Positions 13,446 through 31,388 of a stretch of 64,000 bases of DNA are shown piece by piece. The DNA comes from the human T2T-CHM13v2.0 reference genome, Homo sapiens. The stretch lies in the NCBI RefSeq assembly GCF_009914755.1, contig NC_060932.1. One strand, given 5' to 3'. The notes under the pieces are model-generated. The model was given only the letters and a program-made list of their open reading frames with translations. It was not told where the DNA came from and did no database searches. Numbering within the stretch: position 1 is the stretch's first letter; each line of letters starts with the position of its first letter. The translations under genes and the position numbers were made by a program.

Positions 13446-15473
13446 CTAAGGACAGGCCAGGGCGGCGGGAGAGGCGGACCGGTGGCGTGGCTGGATCTGG
13501 GCGCGCTGTCGGACCTTCCACATCACCAGCTGCAGGCAGGCGTTTGCGTCCTCGCTGGAGTTGTGGCCGTCCTGGCTGTCCTGGATGATCTGTGCCAGGT
13601 AGTCGGCCGCGAGATTCCTGAGGGAGCGCTTGTAGGGGAAACCCAGGTAGTGCGGGAAGAGCACGGCCGTGTCCACCACGGTGCTGTGGATGAGCTTCAG
13701 GGCCAGCAGGTCGCTCTCCAGGCTGTGCCCGATGAGGATGGTTTGGGCGCTGAAAAAGCTCAGCAGGATGGCTTGGACTTGGGGCAACGTGATGCTCGTC
13801 TTGGCGACGTCGGCCTCGGTGACTCCGGAAAACCTGGTGTTGTAGTCCACGATCTCGTTGTCGGGCTTGACGAAGGTGTCGTACACCACTCGCATGTCGG
13901 CGTCCACCACGGTGACGCGGGTCAGCTCTAGGCCATGCGTGGTGTAGCACATCTCACAGTCCAAGGCGTAGATTCCTGGATAAGCGTCTCTGGACAACTC
14001 TTTCTTGAAGGTCTCCACGAAGCCATCGAGGCTCTCCTTGCGGCCGTCCCGCACGTGCTGCTTTGCCACCTGGCAGCCCACAGAGCCAGGAGCAGCTGCA
14101 CAGCAGGTGTACTGGCTAACCCGGCCTCCAGCCACCTGGCTCGAGCGGACCCGCCCCCAGTGATAATAACACAACTGGTCGCGTACACAGCGGCCCGAGG
14201 AGGACACCAGGTACTCGGTGCCACAACGGCAGCAGACCCTGCAGGAGGAGTCGCCGGGCCCCTTCCCCTGGCCAGTGAAGAGGACGGCGCCTCCGGGCCG
14301 CTCGGGGTGCGGGAAGGGGTAGCCGTTCTCCTTGAGCTGGTCCTGGGTGAGCAGGAACTCCTGGAGGCGGCTGTACAGGGCGGCCCTGCTGAGGCCGGGC
14401 ATGGAGCTGGGGGTCAGGCCCTTCAGTCTCTTGAGGGTGTTCAGGACCACGTTCAGGTACCTGTTCTTGTTGGGGCTGCAGTCGTAGGCCACCTTCTCCT
14501 CGTTCAGCGCCTTCTCCTCGGCCTCCTGCTTGGAGGCGCAGAACTTGAGACACTCTTCGGTGAACAGTTGGAGATAGCCTCGGCGGAGGACGGTGGGGAC
14601 TTGGCACCCAGAGCTTCGGAGGATAATGGGTTTCTTCAAACTCAAACTCGGTAAGGATGCACGACGGACGATTCGCTTAGAGCTGGTGGTGGCGGTGGTC
14701 TTGCATGCCATCCCTGACCTGTTGCGCGTCTTCCCTGGCTGTCTGCCGACCTTGGAGCCACGGGAGCGTTGGCTGCTGCTGGCCACCCGGGTTCTCTTGG
14801 CATCTGTGTAACCTGTGACCAAGCAAGGGCTGGAAGAGTGGGCGATCGTCTTCCTCTTCCTGGGGGCTGAGATGCGGACTCCCGAGGGCCTCTCTGTCAG
14901 CCTTGGGGCGGCTGGCAAGCGGCAGGCCGATCCCCTCTGCGCAGGGAAGTAGCACGACTCCGTCACCATCTTGGGCCACGCTGGGGGCACCGCCGGACCC
15001 CTGTTCTGGGGCTCCGCCTGGATGTCCACAAATGCTGAGGCCTGCTTGTGCATCTGGGGCACCCAGAGCCCGAAGCTCTGGGCAGGCTGATGAGAGGGCA
15101 GTGGGAATTCTGGAGCCTCGAGGGCCGCCTCCTCGGCCACCTTCTTAGCTTCTGGGTATCCAGGTGGGAACCAGCAGGGAGCTGTGGCTCGCAACATCTT
15201 GCTGCCTTCGGGAGCACCGGCCGGGCTCTGCTCCGCTCCCAAATGGCGGCTTGCCTCCGGGGCCGCCTCCTTGGCCACCTTCTTAGCTTCTGGGTATCCA
15301 GGGCGGAACCAGCAGGGAGCTGTGGCTCGCAACATCTTGCTGCCTTCGGGAGCACCGGCCTGGCTCTGCTCCCCTCCCAAATGGCGGCTTGCCTCCAGGG
15401 CCGCCTCCTCGGCCACCTTCTTAGCTTCTGGGTATCCAGGGGGGAACCAGCAGGGAGCTGTGGCTCGCAACAT
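13446..15473 (-). CDS. REXO1L1: REXO1L/GOR exonuclease retrogene, copy 2 (675 aa)
   Basis: Translation identical to copy 1. ATG at 15473. Confidence 0.88.
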   Translation of the reverse strand: MLRATAPCWFPPGYPEAKKVAEEAALEASRHLGGEQSQAGAPEGSKMLRATAPCWFRPGYPEAKKVAKEAAPEASRHLGAEQSPAGAPEGSKMLRATAPCWFPPGYPEAKKVAEEAALEAPEFPLPSHQPAQSFGLWVPQMHKQASAFVDIQAEPQNRGPAVPPAWPKMVTESCYFPAQRGSACRLPAAPRLTERPSGVRISAPRKRKTIAHSSSPCLVTGYTDAKRTRVASSSQRSRGSKVGRQPGKTRNRSGMACKTTATTSSKRIVRRASLPSLSLKKPIILRSSGCQVPTVLRRGYLQLFTEECLKFCASKQEAEEKALNEEKVAYDCSPNKNRYLNVVLNTLKRLKGLTPSSMPGLSRAALYSRLQEFLLTQDQLKENGYPFPHPERPGGAVLFTGQGKGPGDSSCRVCCRCGTEYLVSSSGRCVRDQLCYYHWGRVRSSQVAGGRVSQYTCCAAAPGSVGCQVAKQHVRDGRKESLDGFVETFKKELSRDAYPGIYALDCEMCYTTHGLELTRVTVVDADMRVVYDTFVKPDNEIVDYNTRFSGVTEADVAKTSITLPQVQAILLSFFSAQTILIGHSLESDLLALKLIHSTVVDTAVLFPHYLGFPYKRSLRNLAADYLAQIIQDSQDGHNSSEDANACLQLVMWKVRQRAQIQPRHRSASPAALACP

Positions 15474-15529
15474 CTTGCTGCCTTCGGGAGCACCGGCCTG
15501 GCTCTGCTCCTCTCCCAACTGGCGGCTTC

Positions 15530-15690
15530 AATGAGTGCTGCGGCCGCCACTTGTCGCCTTTATATAGGCACAGGGCAGACTGGGTGGGACTTCTCCTTGA
15601 TAGGTTGGTGCTTCAGTCCAATCACACTGAGCCTCATCTTCCACCAGACTCCAGCTTGGGAATGCCTCAGGGGGTGCGCTAATGGAATCA
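15530..15690 (-). promoter_or_regulatory. Putative REXO1L core promoter, copy 2
   Basis: Same motifs as copy 1. Confidence 0.68.
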
Positions 15691-16011
15691 ACTGGAACTC
15701 CCGGTTGCTAAACTTGGAGCTAGGTTGCTTTTCCTGAGTTAAGTAACTGTCCCTGCAGGGCAGTCCTATAATGGCTACTGGAATTGGGCTACCTAGGATT
15801 AAATTAAGGTTCAGGGAGGTTGGTCAACTTGCTTGGGCCCACACAGCACCCCTTGGAGCCAGGACTGGGCCAGCAGTCTGCTGCATGCTGGAGGGCGGGA
15901 TCCCTCTGGGGCTGCCTTTCCCTGCTCTGTGCACTCCGCCGCTGCGGGCAAATTGAGGACAGGAAGCGGACCGCACCCACTTCTCTCCCAGGACTTGGGC
16001 AATGTTCAACA

Positions 16012-16900
16012 CAGGTGGTCTTCCAAAGGTTCATAGAAAATGCACATGGTGAAGAAACGATGCATGGATTTCCACTGGTTTGCACTAAAATAAACTTGTC
16101 CTAACTTCTGATAACCTTTCTGAACTAGATCTAGTTTGAGGCACTAAGAAGGATGAGACATCCACTGAAAAGGACTCCCGTCAGAGCAACATGAATTCCA
16201 CGAAAATTGCAGCAAGAGGAAACATCAAATTTATGGTGAAGCTTGGGTGGAAGATTGAAGAAATCATTGACGTTTTAAGAAAAGCTTGCAAGGACACTAC
16301 CCCAAAGAAATGAACTCTTTACGAATGTATAGCTTGTTTCAAGAAGAGGTGAGAAGATGTGGAAGATGAATCCTTCAGTGGCTGTGAAAACCACTGTGCC
16401 CAGATCAGCTGCAGTTACGACGAGAGCTATCAGTGGAAATTTTAAACAGGAGGGATCACGATCCTGACGCATCCCTCTGACAAATTGTAAGCGGAAGTTG
16501 GAACATGGCTTCACCAATATGATCTCCAAGGCAAAGTATCATGAAAGCGATGGCTACCAAGAGGTGGCAGTGGTCCAGTCAAAGGAAAAGGAGGCCAGTC
16601 AGGAGCCCACATCATGGCATCAGTGTTTTGGGACACTCAAGGCATTTTGCTTGTTGACTTTCTGAAAGGCCAAACATCTGCTTATTAGGAGAGTGTTCTG
16701 AGAAGCTTAGATAAAGCTTTGGTAGAAACATGCTGGGAAAGTCTCACTAGATCCTTGTTCACCACATCAATGCTCTGCTCATTCCTCTCATCAAACAAGG
16801 GCAATTTTGTCAGTTTCAATGGGCAGTCCTTAGGAATTCACCTTACGGGCTGCTTTCATTCCTTCTAAATTCTTTTTGTTTCCTAATGATAAAAAGTCTC
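16012..16900 (+). mobile_element. HSMAR2 remnant, unit 2
   Basis: Copy of 3822-4710. Confidence 0.85.
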
Positions 16901-19337
16901 CTTGCCTTGCTTGGAAAGATGAGAGAAAGTCTCCTTGCCTTGTTTGGACAGATGAGAGATGAGATCCTCCTCTTCTCTCCCAGGACAGAATGGTGAGACT
17001 TGAGTTTCCTTTCTCCTCACTCTTCTCCTCCTTGAGGGAGCTGCTGTGCCGGACAGACCTGCCCCCGTGTCTAGACACTGGTAGACTCGTTTAAGTTCCT
17101 CACAGGCAATCCTCCATGGGGTCAAAGTGGAAGGACTTATTTCTTCAGGGCTCAGTAGTCCACATCCTGGCGCGCACCTTCACCAGCCCAGGGCGGGGTA
17201 GAGGAGGGTGAAAGGGCGTGGCTCAGAGCCCGCTTCTTCCGCTCGGGCGTATCCTGGGAGGAACCCTTGTCCGGTGAGCATGTCTTCGTCTCTACCAAAT
17301 TCCCTAGTGGGACATTTCTGGCAGCCCTACTTGTTCAGCAGCTTACGGGGGTCAGGTGGACCTCTGCTAGTCACCAGCCTGAAGCCCTTTCTCCATTTCA
17401 GCTATTTTGGCAGTTGCCTAGGTGACTTTTGAACCTCATTATCCAGAACAGCAAACGGACGAGGGGTGAGAAGAGTGGCCGTCTGGGTTTGCAGCATAGT
17501 GCTGCCTTCTAGGAGTTGTGCAGTCTTCGATTGTGTGAAACTTCACCTGGCTGATTTGTGGCAATGCCTCCACAAATTCGCTAAATTCAGTAGCTTTGGC
17601 CTTCCAAGATTCATTTACACAATGTTGAATGCTTTAAATGAATGAGCATGAAGAGTGCTGGGCTGGAAAGTGATGAGATGGGTGGTAGGGACTCCTCGGA
17701 GTAGAGGAGTAGAGTTTTACTATTATGACTAGGAGGCAAATAAAAAGAAGCTGAACGTGATCCATAATAAAAGAAGCACACACTCACAGAGCTCCATACC
17801 AACTACATTAAAATGGAAATCATGATATTTGGAAATACAACTTAATTGGAAATCATTAAGTAATCTCATCAACTTTTTACAGTGGGTGGCAGGGCTATGG
17901 AGGGAAAACAGCAATGGTTCTGGCACCTACTTAACTTGATTCCATTAAATTCACCCAACAGGCCTCCAGAGAAGATATTACTGCTTTGATATTACAAAGG
18001 GAAAAACAGCTATGGCGTCTCTGAAAAGCGCAACGTGCTAGGACTGGAATGACTTTAAAACCACACATAAATTTCTGAGAGATTTTTGCCATAAGGTACC
18101 ATCCACCTTACTGTAAACCACATCCTAAAATTGTCTGCAGTGCAAATGGATTATGTGCATCCAACAGGAAACAGCATAGGTTGAGAAGCTGTTACTTAAT
18201 AGCTTCATTGTCACCACGAGTGTAAAGTGTGGGGTCTCATCACTTTTGCACCCACGTTTTGCCTGTTGGTTTCTCCACAATGTCAGGAGCATTTGACCAA
18301 CTCACTGTGGCTCAGGGTCCCTTACGCAGCCTGTTGGGGAAACCAGTGGGTATTGAAGACCTGCCTCTGGTGTGCCAGGAGGTTGTGCCTGCCGGCCACT
18401 CTGACTTGCGATCTTCCGCCTCAGTGTATGGCTTCCTACACCTGGGTAATTAACATAGCCAGCATGATAAGGAGGTCCTTTCATCACTATTGCCACTAGT
18501 CCTTCCGACTCCTGTGCCCTGTTTCTCCTTTATTGGAACCCAAGAACGAGTAAACATAGCATTTTCAAACATCCCGCCCCCTTCCCTGGTAACACCAATA
18601 TTCCACCATCCTAATTCCCTCACAAGCATTCAGTCTCTCCACCCTGAGGTGGTGAAATCCCTGCAGGCATTTATAAGTATACCTGGACAGAAGAAATACA
18701 AGATACCGTTCTATTAACTCAATGTAGTGTTGCTAAGTTCGTACTTTTGCTTGGTTTATTTTATTTTATAAATAGGTATCACTCGCATGGTTCCAAATGC
18801 GATAGGCACAGAGAGTATATATGATGGAATTACATCCTCCTTCCCTGCACTCAGCAACCGAGATCTTCCCGCTACGGGCACTCAAAGGTTTCATTGTCTG
18901 AAATATCAGCCTAAACGTAGTTTATGTTTAGGAAGCAACAACCGTAAATAGGCCCACATCCAAACGGAGTGGATTTAGGTTTCACTTTTTCAAGGAAAAA
19001 CCATCAAAGAATTTTTCCACATACTTATAAACCATCCCACGTATAGAATCCATTTTTACTGACACAAATTTAGTACCAATAAACGACTCTTCTTCTCAAT
19101 TTGTTTTATTTAACAATAAGTCTTGAACGTCATTCCCAGTTAACATTTTGAAGAGTTTCCTCTCTTTCGTTCTGTTTTAGCTGCAAAGTATTCTTCCGTA
19201 AGGATGAACGTACTATAATTTATTAGCCAGCCACTTAGTGATGTACAATTAAGCAGTTTTAAATCTTTGACTCTTGAAAATATTGTTTCTCACACATAAA
19301 TATTTCTATAAAATAAATTAGTTGAATTAGAATTGTT

Positions 19338-19989
19338 GGAGTTCAAGACCAGCCTGGCCAACATGGTGAAACCCCATCTCTACTAGAAACACAAAATTAG
19401 CCGGACATGCCGGTACATGCCTCTAATCTCAGGTGAGGCAGGAGAATCACTTCAACCTGGGAGGCAGAGGTTGTAGTGACTCGAAATCACGCCACTGCAC
19501 TCCAGCCTGGGCGACGCGAGCGAAACTCTGTCTCAAAAAACCAAAAAAAATTAAACATAAAAAGAAAAGCGGTACATATACCCAATAGAACACAATTCAG
19601 CCTTAAAAAAGAAAGAAATCATCTCATTGGCAACACGAATGAGCCTAGAGGATGGTACACTGAGTGAAAGAAAGCAAAGGCCAGGCACGGTGGCTCATGC
19701 CTGTAATCCCAGTACTTTGGGAGGCCAAGGCAGGTGGAAGCGTTGAGCCCAGGAGTTGGAGATGAACCTGGGCAACATGGTGAAACCCCATCTCTAAAAG
19801 AAACACAAAAATTAGCCAAGTGTGGCGTTGGACGCCTGTAGTCCTAGCTATTCAGGAGGCTGAAGCGGGAGGAACTCTCGACCCCGGGAGGTGGAGGCCG
19901 TGGTGAGTGAGCCGTGTTTGTGTCACTGTACTCCAGCCTGGGTGACAGACTGAGACCCTGTCTCAAAAAATAAATAATTACATAATAAA
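19338..19989 (+). mobile_element. Alu pair (truncated AluS-like plus AluJ-like), unit 2
   Basis: Copy of 7149-7800. Confidence 0.9.
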
Positions 19990-21397
19990 GATTTAAAAAG
20001 CAAGCACAAAAAGACAAATACTGCATGATCTCACTTATATGTGCAATCTCAAACAATGCAACTCATAGCTGTAGAGAGCAGAACGGTGGTTACCCGAGGC
20101 AGGGGTCAGGGAGGGACTGGAGAGATGATAGTCTCATGATACAAAATTCCAGAGAGGAATGGTTCTAGAGATCTATTGAACAGCCTGGCATCTACAGTGT
20201 ATAAGTATGTATTGTATACTTGAAAATTGCTATAAGAGTAGATTTTAGACATGTCCTCATCACATTAAAATCAGTATGTGAGGAAACGAGTGTGTTAATT
20301 AGCTTGATTTTGTCATTCCACAATGTATACACGTATGAAACATCATGTTGTATGCCATAAATATATATAATTTTTATTTGTCAAGTTAAAATTAAAATTC
20401 ATATAAATTATAAAAATAAAATGAAATAACATACACTACAAAAGACTTTTATTTATTAAATCCCCACAGAAGGGGTCAGAGTGATAAAGGAAAATAAAAT
20501 TCCGGGAACGGTAAAATCAATCAGAAATGCCCTACTTCAGTGCTTTCGAAATTTGTCTGACAGAGTGGAAATCCAGTTTTTCACTAAGTCACTGTTCTGG
20601 AACAGTTTGTGTGTGTGTATGTATGTGTGTGAGGGCTCACATACACAAATTGAACTAATGGAAGTGTAAGCATTCAAATTATCAGTTTAATTTAGTTCTA
20701 TACATATACACACACACACACTCACACACCGAAAACATTGATAAAATCAGCCATTCCAGCAAAACTAGCTACTTAGTGTCTATCTCTCCTTGAAGATTCA
20801 AACTAGAAATGAGGATTTAGAGAGGCATGATGGTTCGTTCTCTCTTGGAGCCCAGTTCGAAGTTGACTGACTGATTCAGTCATTGTAATTGGTTGGTCTT
20901 GGGGAAGAATCCACTTTGACTCTTGGGAAGTCAGCTAGGTCAGCGGACAGAGCAGGGGCTCTGGAGCCAGACTGCCTGCACCCGACTTCTAGCTATGATA
21001 CCTTGGATAAACTACTTATCACCTGGGCTTCAGGTTCCTCATCTGTAAAATGGGGATAAGAATGCTATCTCTCTCACAACTGTTAGGAGGACTGACTGGG
21101 TTAATACGTGCAAAGTACCAAGTACATAAGAAACCAACAGCCAGTGCTCATTACAATCATTATTATTTTGGGCAAGTTAAGCCGCATGGTTTCTTTAGGT
21201 ATAAAATTAGGCTTTATTTACCTACCTGTTGGGTTGTTCCAAGGATTAATCACATAGTGTTCATGAATTCCCTTTATAAAATATTATAGAAAAGAAATAT
21301 AGTTAACATTAATTGAACACCTACTATGTGCGATCGTTTTAAGGCTTGCCATGTGCTGCTTCATTCAGTCCGCACCATGACTTTAGGATCACACTTT

Positions 21398-25069
<3,672 letters not shown>

Positions 25070-25633
25070 GATCACACTTTAAAGACCAAAAGGTAGAAGC
25101 GCAAAGACGTTATCTGTCCAATATTACAAACCTAGTAAGTGGTGGAATTTGGCCTTGAACCCAGATCTGTAACTCCAGAGCCGAAGTGCTTCACCCACCT
25201 CCCTGTGGTGCCTCTACAGAAAAAGAGGTAAGCAGGCATTCCGAAAGCTGGTGGGCCGGGGGGCTGGCCTTGTACTCAGAAGCCATGGAAGTCCCACGTG
25301 GGGTGGCTAGTGGTGTAAGGACAGAGGTCTCGGATGGGCAGAGGGATGTGGACAGGCGCGAGGGCGCGCGGCAGGGACTCGGGGGACTGGGAGTGGCGGC
25401 TCGGGGCTGCGGGAGGCGATTGGTGGAAGGACAGAGGTCTGGGAGGGGCAGAGGGATGTGGACAGGCCCGAGGGGCCGCGGCAGGGATTCCGGGGGACCG
25501 GGAGTGGGGGGTTGGGGTTACTCTTGGCTTTTTGCCCTCTCCTGCCGCCGGCTGCTCCAGTTTCTTTCGCTTTGCGGCGAGGTGGGCAGGGTGAGCTCTC
25601 GGGACTGATGGCGGTTTTGGAAGAGGCCTGGGG

Positions 25634-27523
25634 CTAAGGACAGGCCAGGGCGGCGGGAGAGGCGGACCGGTGGCGTGGCTGGATCTGGGCGCGCTGTCGG
25701 ACCTTCCACATCACCAGCTGCAGGCAGGCGTTTGCGTCCTCGCTGGAGTTGTGGCCGTCCTGGCTGTCCTGGATGATCTGTGCCAGGTAGTCGGCCGCGA
25801 GATTCCTGAGGGAGCGCTTGTAGGGGAAACCCAGGTAGTGCGGGAAGAGCACGGCCGTGTCCACCACGGTGCTGTGGATGAGCTTCAGGGCCAGCAGGTC
25901 GCTCTCCAGGCTGTGCCCGATGAGGATGGTTTGGGCGCTGAAAAAGCTCAGCAGGATGGCTTGGACTTGGGGCAACGTGATGCTCGTCTTGGCGACGTCG
26001 GCCTCGGTGACTCCGGAAAACCTGGTGTTGTAGTCCACGATCTCGTTGTCGGGCTTGACGAAGGTGTCGTACACCACTCGCATGTCGGCGTCCACCACGG
26101 TGACGCGGGTCAGCTCTAGGCCATGCGTGGTGTAGCACATCTCACAGTCCAAGGCGTAGATTCCTGGATAAGCGTCTCTGGACAACTCTTTCTTGAAGGT
26201 CTCCACGAAGCCATCGAGGCTCTCCTTGCGGCCGTCCCGCACGTGCTGCTTTGCCACCTGGCAGCCCACAGAGCCAGGAGCAGCTGCACAGCAGGTGTAC
26301 TGGCTAACCCGGCCTCCAGCCACCTGGCTCGAGCGGACCCGCCCCCAGTGATAATAACACAACTGGTCGCGTACACAGCGGCCCGAGGAGGACACCAGGT
26401 ACTCGGTGCCACAACGGCAGCAGACCCTGCAGGAGGAGTCGCCGGGCCCCTTCCCCTGGCCAGTGAAGAGGACGGCGCCTCCGGGCCGCTCGGGGTGCGG
26501 GAAGGGGTAGCCGTTCTCCTTGAGCTGGTCCTGGGTGAGCAGGAACTCCTGGAGGCGGCTGTACAGGGCGGCCCTGCTGAGGCCGGGCATGGAGCTGGGG
26601 GTCAGGCCCTTCAGTCTCTTGAGGGTGTTCAGGACCACGTTCAGGTACCTGTTCTTGTTGGGGCTGCAGTCGTAGGCCACCTTCTCCTCGTTCAGCGCCT
26701 TCTCCTCGGCCTCCTGCTTGGAGGCGCAGAACTTGAGACACTCTTCGGTGAACAGTTGGAGATAGCCTCGGCGGAGGACGGTGGGGACTTGGCACCCAGA
26801 GCTTCGGAGGATAATGGGTTTCTTCAAACTCAAACTCGGTAAGGATGCACGACGGACGATTCGCTTAGAGCTGGTGGTGGCGGTGGTCTTGCATGCCATC
26901 CCTGACCTGTTGCGCGTCTTCCCTGGCTGTCTGCCGACCTTGGAGCCACGGGAGCGTTGGCTGCTGCTGGCCACCCGGGTTCTCTTGGCATCTGTGTAAC
27001 CTGTGACCAAGCAAGGGCTGGAAGAGTGGGCGATCGTCTTCCTCTTCCTGGGGGCTGAGATGCGGACTCCCGAGGGCCTCTCTGTCAGCCTTGGGGCGGC
27101 TGGCAAGCGGCAGGCCGATCCCCTCTGCGCAGGGAAGTAGCACGACTCCGTCACCATCTTGGGCCACGCTGGGGGCACCGCCGGACCCCTGTTCTGGGGC
27201 TCCGCCTGGATGTCCACAAATGCTGAGGCCTGCTTGTGCATCTGGGGCACCCAGAGCCCGAAGCTCTGGGCAGGCTGATGAGAGGGCAGTGGGAATTCTG
27301 GAGCCTCGAGGGCCGCCTCCTCGGCCACCTTCTTAGCTTCTGGGTATCCAGGTGGGAACCAGCAGGGAGCTGTGGCTCGCAACATCTTGCTGCCTTCGGG
27401 AGCACCGGCCGGGCTCTGCTCCGCTCCCAAATGGCGGCTTGCCTCCGGGGCCGCCTCCTTGGCCACCTTCTTAGCTTCTGGGTATCCAGGGCGGAACCAG
27501 CAGGGAGCTGTGGCTCGCAACAT
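25634..27523 (-). CDS. REXO1L1: REXO1L/GOR exonuclease retrogene, copy 3 (629 aa; one 46-aa N-terminal repeat fewer)
   Basis: Same ORF with an in-frame 138-bp deletion. ATG at 27523. Confidence 0.88.
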   Translation of the reverse strand: MLRATAPCWFRPGYPEAKKVAKEAAPEASRHLGAEQSPAGAPEGSKMLRATAPCWFPPGYPEAKKVAEEAALEAPEFPLPSHQPAQSFGLWVPQMHKQASAFVDIQAEPQNRGPAVPPAWPKMVTESCYFPAQRGSACRLPAAPRLTERPSGVRISAPRKRKTIAHSSSPCLVTGYTDAKRTRVASSSQRSRGSKVGRQPGKTRNRSGMACKTTATTSSKRIVRRASLPSLSLKKPIILRSSGCQVPTVLRRGYLQLFTEECLKFCASKQEAEEKALNEEKVAYDCSPNKNRYLNVVLNTLKRLKGLTPSSMPGLSRAALYSRLQEFLLTQDQLKENGYPFPHPERPGGAVLFTGQGKGPGDSSCRVCCRCGTEYLVSSSGRCVRDQLCYYHWGRVRSSQVAGGRVSQYTCCAAAPGSVGCQVAKQHVRDGRKESLDGFVETFKKELSRDAYPGIYALDCEMCYTTHGLELTRVTVVDADMRVVYDTFVKPDNEIVDYNTRFSGVTEADVAKTSITLPQVQAILLSFFSAQTILIGHSLESDLLALKLIHSTVVDTAVLFPHYLGFPYKRSLRNLAADYLAQIIQDSQDGHNSSEDANACLQLVMWKVRQRAQIQPRHRSASPAALACP

Positions 27524-27579
27524 CTTGCTGCCTTCGGGAGCACCGGCCTGGCTCTGCTCCTCTCCCAACTGGCGGCTTC

Positions 27580-27740
27580 AATGAGTGCTGCGGCCGCCAC
27601 TTGTCGCCTTTATATAGGCACAGGGCAGACTGGGTGGGACTTCTCCTTGATAGGTTGGTGCTTCAGTCCAATCACACTGAGCCTCATCTTCCACCAGACT
27701 CCAGCTTGGGAATGCCTCGGGGGGTGCGCTAATGGAATCA
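27580..27740 (-). promoter_or_regulatory. Putative REXO1L core promoter, copy 3
   Basis: Same motifs as copy 1. Confidence 0.68.
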
Positions 27741-28061
27741 ACTGGAACTCCCGGTTGCTAAACTTGGAGCTAGGTTGCTTTTCCTGAGTTAAGTAACTGT
27801 CCCTGCAGGGCAGTCCTATAATGGCTACTGGAATTGGGCTACCTAGGATTAAATTAAGGTTCAGGGAGGTTGGTCAACTTGCTTGGGCCCACACAGCACC
27901 CCTTGGAGCCAGGACTGGGCCAGCAGTCTGCTGCATGCTGGAGGGCGGGATCCCTCTGGGGCTGCCTTTCCCTGCTCTGTGCACTCCGCCGCTGCGGGCA
28001 AATTGAGGACAGGAAGCGGACCGCACCCACTTCTCTCCCAGGACTTGGGCAATGTTCAACA

Positions 28062-28950
28062 CAGGTGGTCTTCCAAAGGTTCATAGAAAATGCACATGGT
28101 GAAGAAACTATGCATGGATTTCCACTGGTTTGCACTAAAATAAACTTGTCATAACTTCTGATAACCTTTCTGAACTAGATCTAGTTTGAGGCACTAAGAA
28201 GGATGAGACATCCACTGAAAAGGACTCCCATCAGAGCAACTTGAATTCCACGAAAATTGCAGCAAGAGGAAACATCAAATTTATGGTGAAGCTTGGGTGG
28301 AAGATTGAAGAAATCATTGACGTTTTAAGAAAAGCTTGTAAGGACACTACCCCAAAGAAATGAACTCTTTACGAATGTATAGCTTGTTTCAAGAAGAGGT
28401 GAGAAGATGTGGAAGATGAATCCTGCAGTGGCTGTGAAAACCACTGTGCCCAGATCAGCTGCAGTTACGACGAGAGCTATCAGTGGAAATTTTAAACAGG
28501 AGGGATCACGATCCTGACGCATCCCTCTGACAAATTGTAAGCGGCAGTTGGAACATGGCTTCACCAATATGATCTCCAAGGCAAAGCATCATGAAAGCGA
28601 TGGCTACCAAGAGGTGGCAGTGGTCCAGTCAAAGGAAAAGGAGGCCAGTCAGGAGCCCACATCATGGCATCAGTGTTTTGGGACACTCAAGGCATTTTGC
28701 TTGTTGACTTTCTGAAAGGCCAAACATCTGCTTATTAGGAGAGTGTTCTGAGAAGCTTAGATAAAGCTTTGGTAGAAACATGCTGGGAAAGTCTCACTAG
28801 ATCCTTGTTCACCACATCAATGCTCTGCTCATTCCTCTCATCAAACAAGGGCAATTTTGTCAGTTTCAATGGGCAGTCCTTAGGAATTCACCTTACGGGC
28901 TGCTTTCATTCCTTCTAAATTCTTTTTGTTTCCTAATGATAAAAAGTCTC
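28062..28950 (+). mobile_element. HSMAR2 remnant, unit 3
   Basis: Copy of 3822-4710. Transposase ATG>TTG at 28241. Confidence 0.85.
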
Positions 28951-31388
28951 CTTGCCTTGCTTGGAAAGATGAGAGAAAGTCTCCTTGCCTTGTTTGGACA
29001 GATGAGAGATGAGATCCTCCTCTTCTCTCCCAGGACAGAATGGTGAGACTTGAGTTTCCTTTCTCCTCACTCTTCTCCTCCTTGAGGGAGCTGCTGTGCC
29101 GGACAGACCTGCCCCCGTGTCTAGACACTGGTAGACTCGTTTAAGTTCCTCACAGGCAATCCTCCATGGGGTCAAAGTGGAAGGACTTATTTCTTCAGGG
29201 CTCAGTAGTCCACATCCTGGCGCGCACCTTCACCAGCCCAGGGCGGGGTAGAGGAGGGTGAAAGGGCGTGGCTCAGAGCCCGCTTCTTCCGCTCGGGCGT
29301 ATCCTGGGAGGAACCCTTGTCCGGTGAGCATGTCTTCGTCTCTACCAAATTCCCTAGTGGGACATTTCTGGCAGCCCTACTTGTTCAGCAGCTTACGGGG
29401 GTCAGGTGGACCTCTGCTAGTCACCAGCCTGAAGCCCTTTCTCCATTTCAGCTATTTTGGCAGTTGCCTAGGTGACTTTTGAACCTCATTATCCAGAACA
29501 GCAAACGGACGAGGGGTGAGAAGAGTGGCCGCCTGGGTTTGCAGCATAGTGCTGCCTTCTAGGAGTTGTGCAGTCTTCGATTGTGTGAAACTTCACCTGG
29601 CTGATTTGTGGCAATGCCTCCACAAATTCGCTAAATTCAGTAGCTTTTGCCTTCCAAGATTCATTTACACAATGTTGAATGCTTTAAAGGAATGAGCATG
29701 AAGAGTGCTGGGCTGGAAAGTGATGAGATGGGTGGTAGGGACTCCTCGGAGTAGAGGAGTAGAGTTTTACTATTATGACTAGGAGGCAAATAAAAAGAAG
29801 CTGAACGTGATCCATAATAAAAGAAGCACACACTCACAGAGCTTCATACCAACTACATTAAAATGGAAATCATGATATTTGGAAATACAACTTAATTGGA
29901 AATCATTAAGTAATCTCATCAACCTTTTTACAGTGGGTGGCAGGGCTATGGAGGGAAAACAGCAATGGTTCTGGCACCTACTTAACTTGATTCCATTAAA
30001 TTCACCCAACAGGCCTCCAGAGAACATATTACTGCTTTGATATTACAAAGGGAAAAACAGCTATGGCGTCTCTGAAAAGCGCAACGTGCTAGGACTGGAA
30101 TGACTTTAAAACCACACATAAATTTCTGAGAGATTTTTGCCATAAGGTACCATCCACCTTACTGTAAACCACATCCTAAAATTGTCTGCAGTGCAAATGG
30201 ATTATGTGCATCCAACAGGAAACAGCATAGGTTGAGAAGCTGTTACTTAATAGCTTCATTGTCACCACGAGTGTAAAGTGTGGGGTCTCATCACTTTTGC
30301 ACCCACGTTTTGCCTGTTGGTTTCTCCACACTGTCAGGAGCATTTGACCAACTCACTGTGGCTCAGGGTCCCTTACGCAGCCTGTTGGGGAAACCAGTGG
30401 GTATTGAAGACCTGCCTCTGGTGTGCCAGGAGGTTGTGCCTGCCGGCCACTCTGACTTGCGATCTTCCGCCTCAGTGTATGGCTTCCTACACCTGGGTAA
30501 TTAACATTGCCAGCATGATAAGGAGGTCCTTTCATCACTATTGCCACTAGTCCTTCCGACTCCTGTGCCCTGTTTCTCCTTTATTGGAACCCAAGAACGA
30601 GTAAACATAGCATTTTCAAACATCCCGCCCCCTTCCCTGGTAACACCAATATTCCACCATCCTAATTCCCTCACAAGCATTCAGTCTCTCCACCCTGAGG
30701 TGGTGAAATCCCTGCAGGCATTTATAAGTATACCTGGACAGAAGAAATACAAGATACCGTTCTATTAACTCAATGTAGTGTTGCTAAGTTCGTACTTTTG
30801 CTTGGTTTATTTTATTTTATAAATAGGTATCACTCGCATGGTTCCAAATGCGATAGGCACAGAGAGTATATATGATGGAATTACATCCTCCTTCCCTGCA
30901 CTCAGCAACCGAGATCTTCCCGCTACGGGCACTCAAAGGTTTCATTGTCTGAAATATCAGCCTAAACGTAGTTTATGTTTAGGAAGCAACAACCGTAAAT
31001 AGGCCCACATCCAAACGGAGTGGATTTAGGTTTCACTTTTTCAAGGAAAAACCATCAAAGAATTTTTCCACATACTTATAAACCATCCCACGTATAGAAT
31101 CCATTTTTACTGACACAAATTTAGTACCAATAAACGACTCTTCTTCTCAATTTGTTTTATTTAACAATAAGTCTTGAACGTCATTCCCAGTTAACATTTT
31201 GAAGAGTTTCCTCTCTTTCGTTATGTTTTAGCTGCAAAGTATTCTTCCGTAAGGATGAACGTACTATAATTTATTAGCCAGCCACTTAGTGATGTACAAT
31301 TAAGCAGTTTTAAATCTTTGACTCTTGGAAATATTGTTTCTCACACATAAATATTTCTATAAAATAAATTAGTTGAATTAGAATTGTT

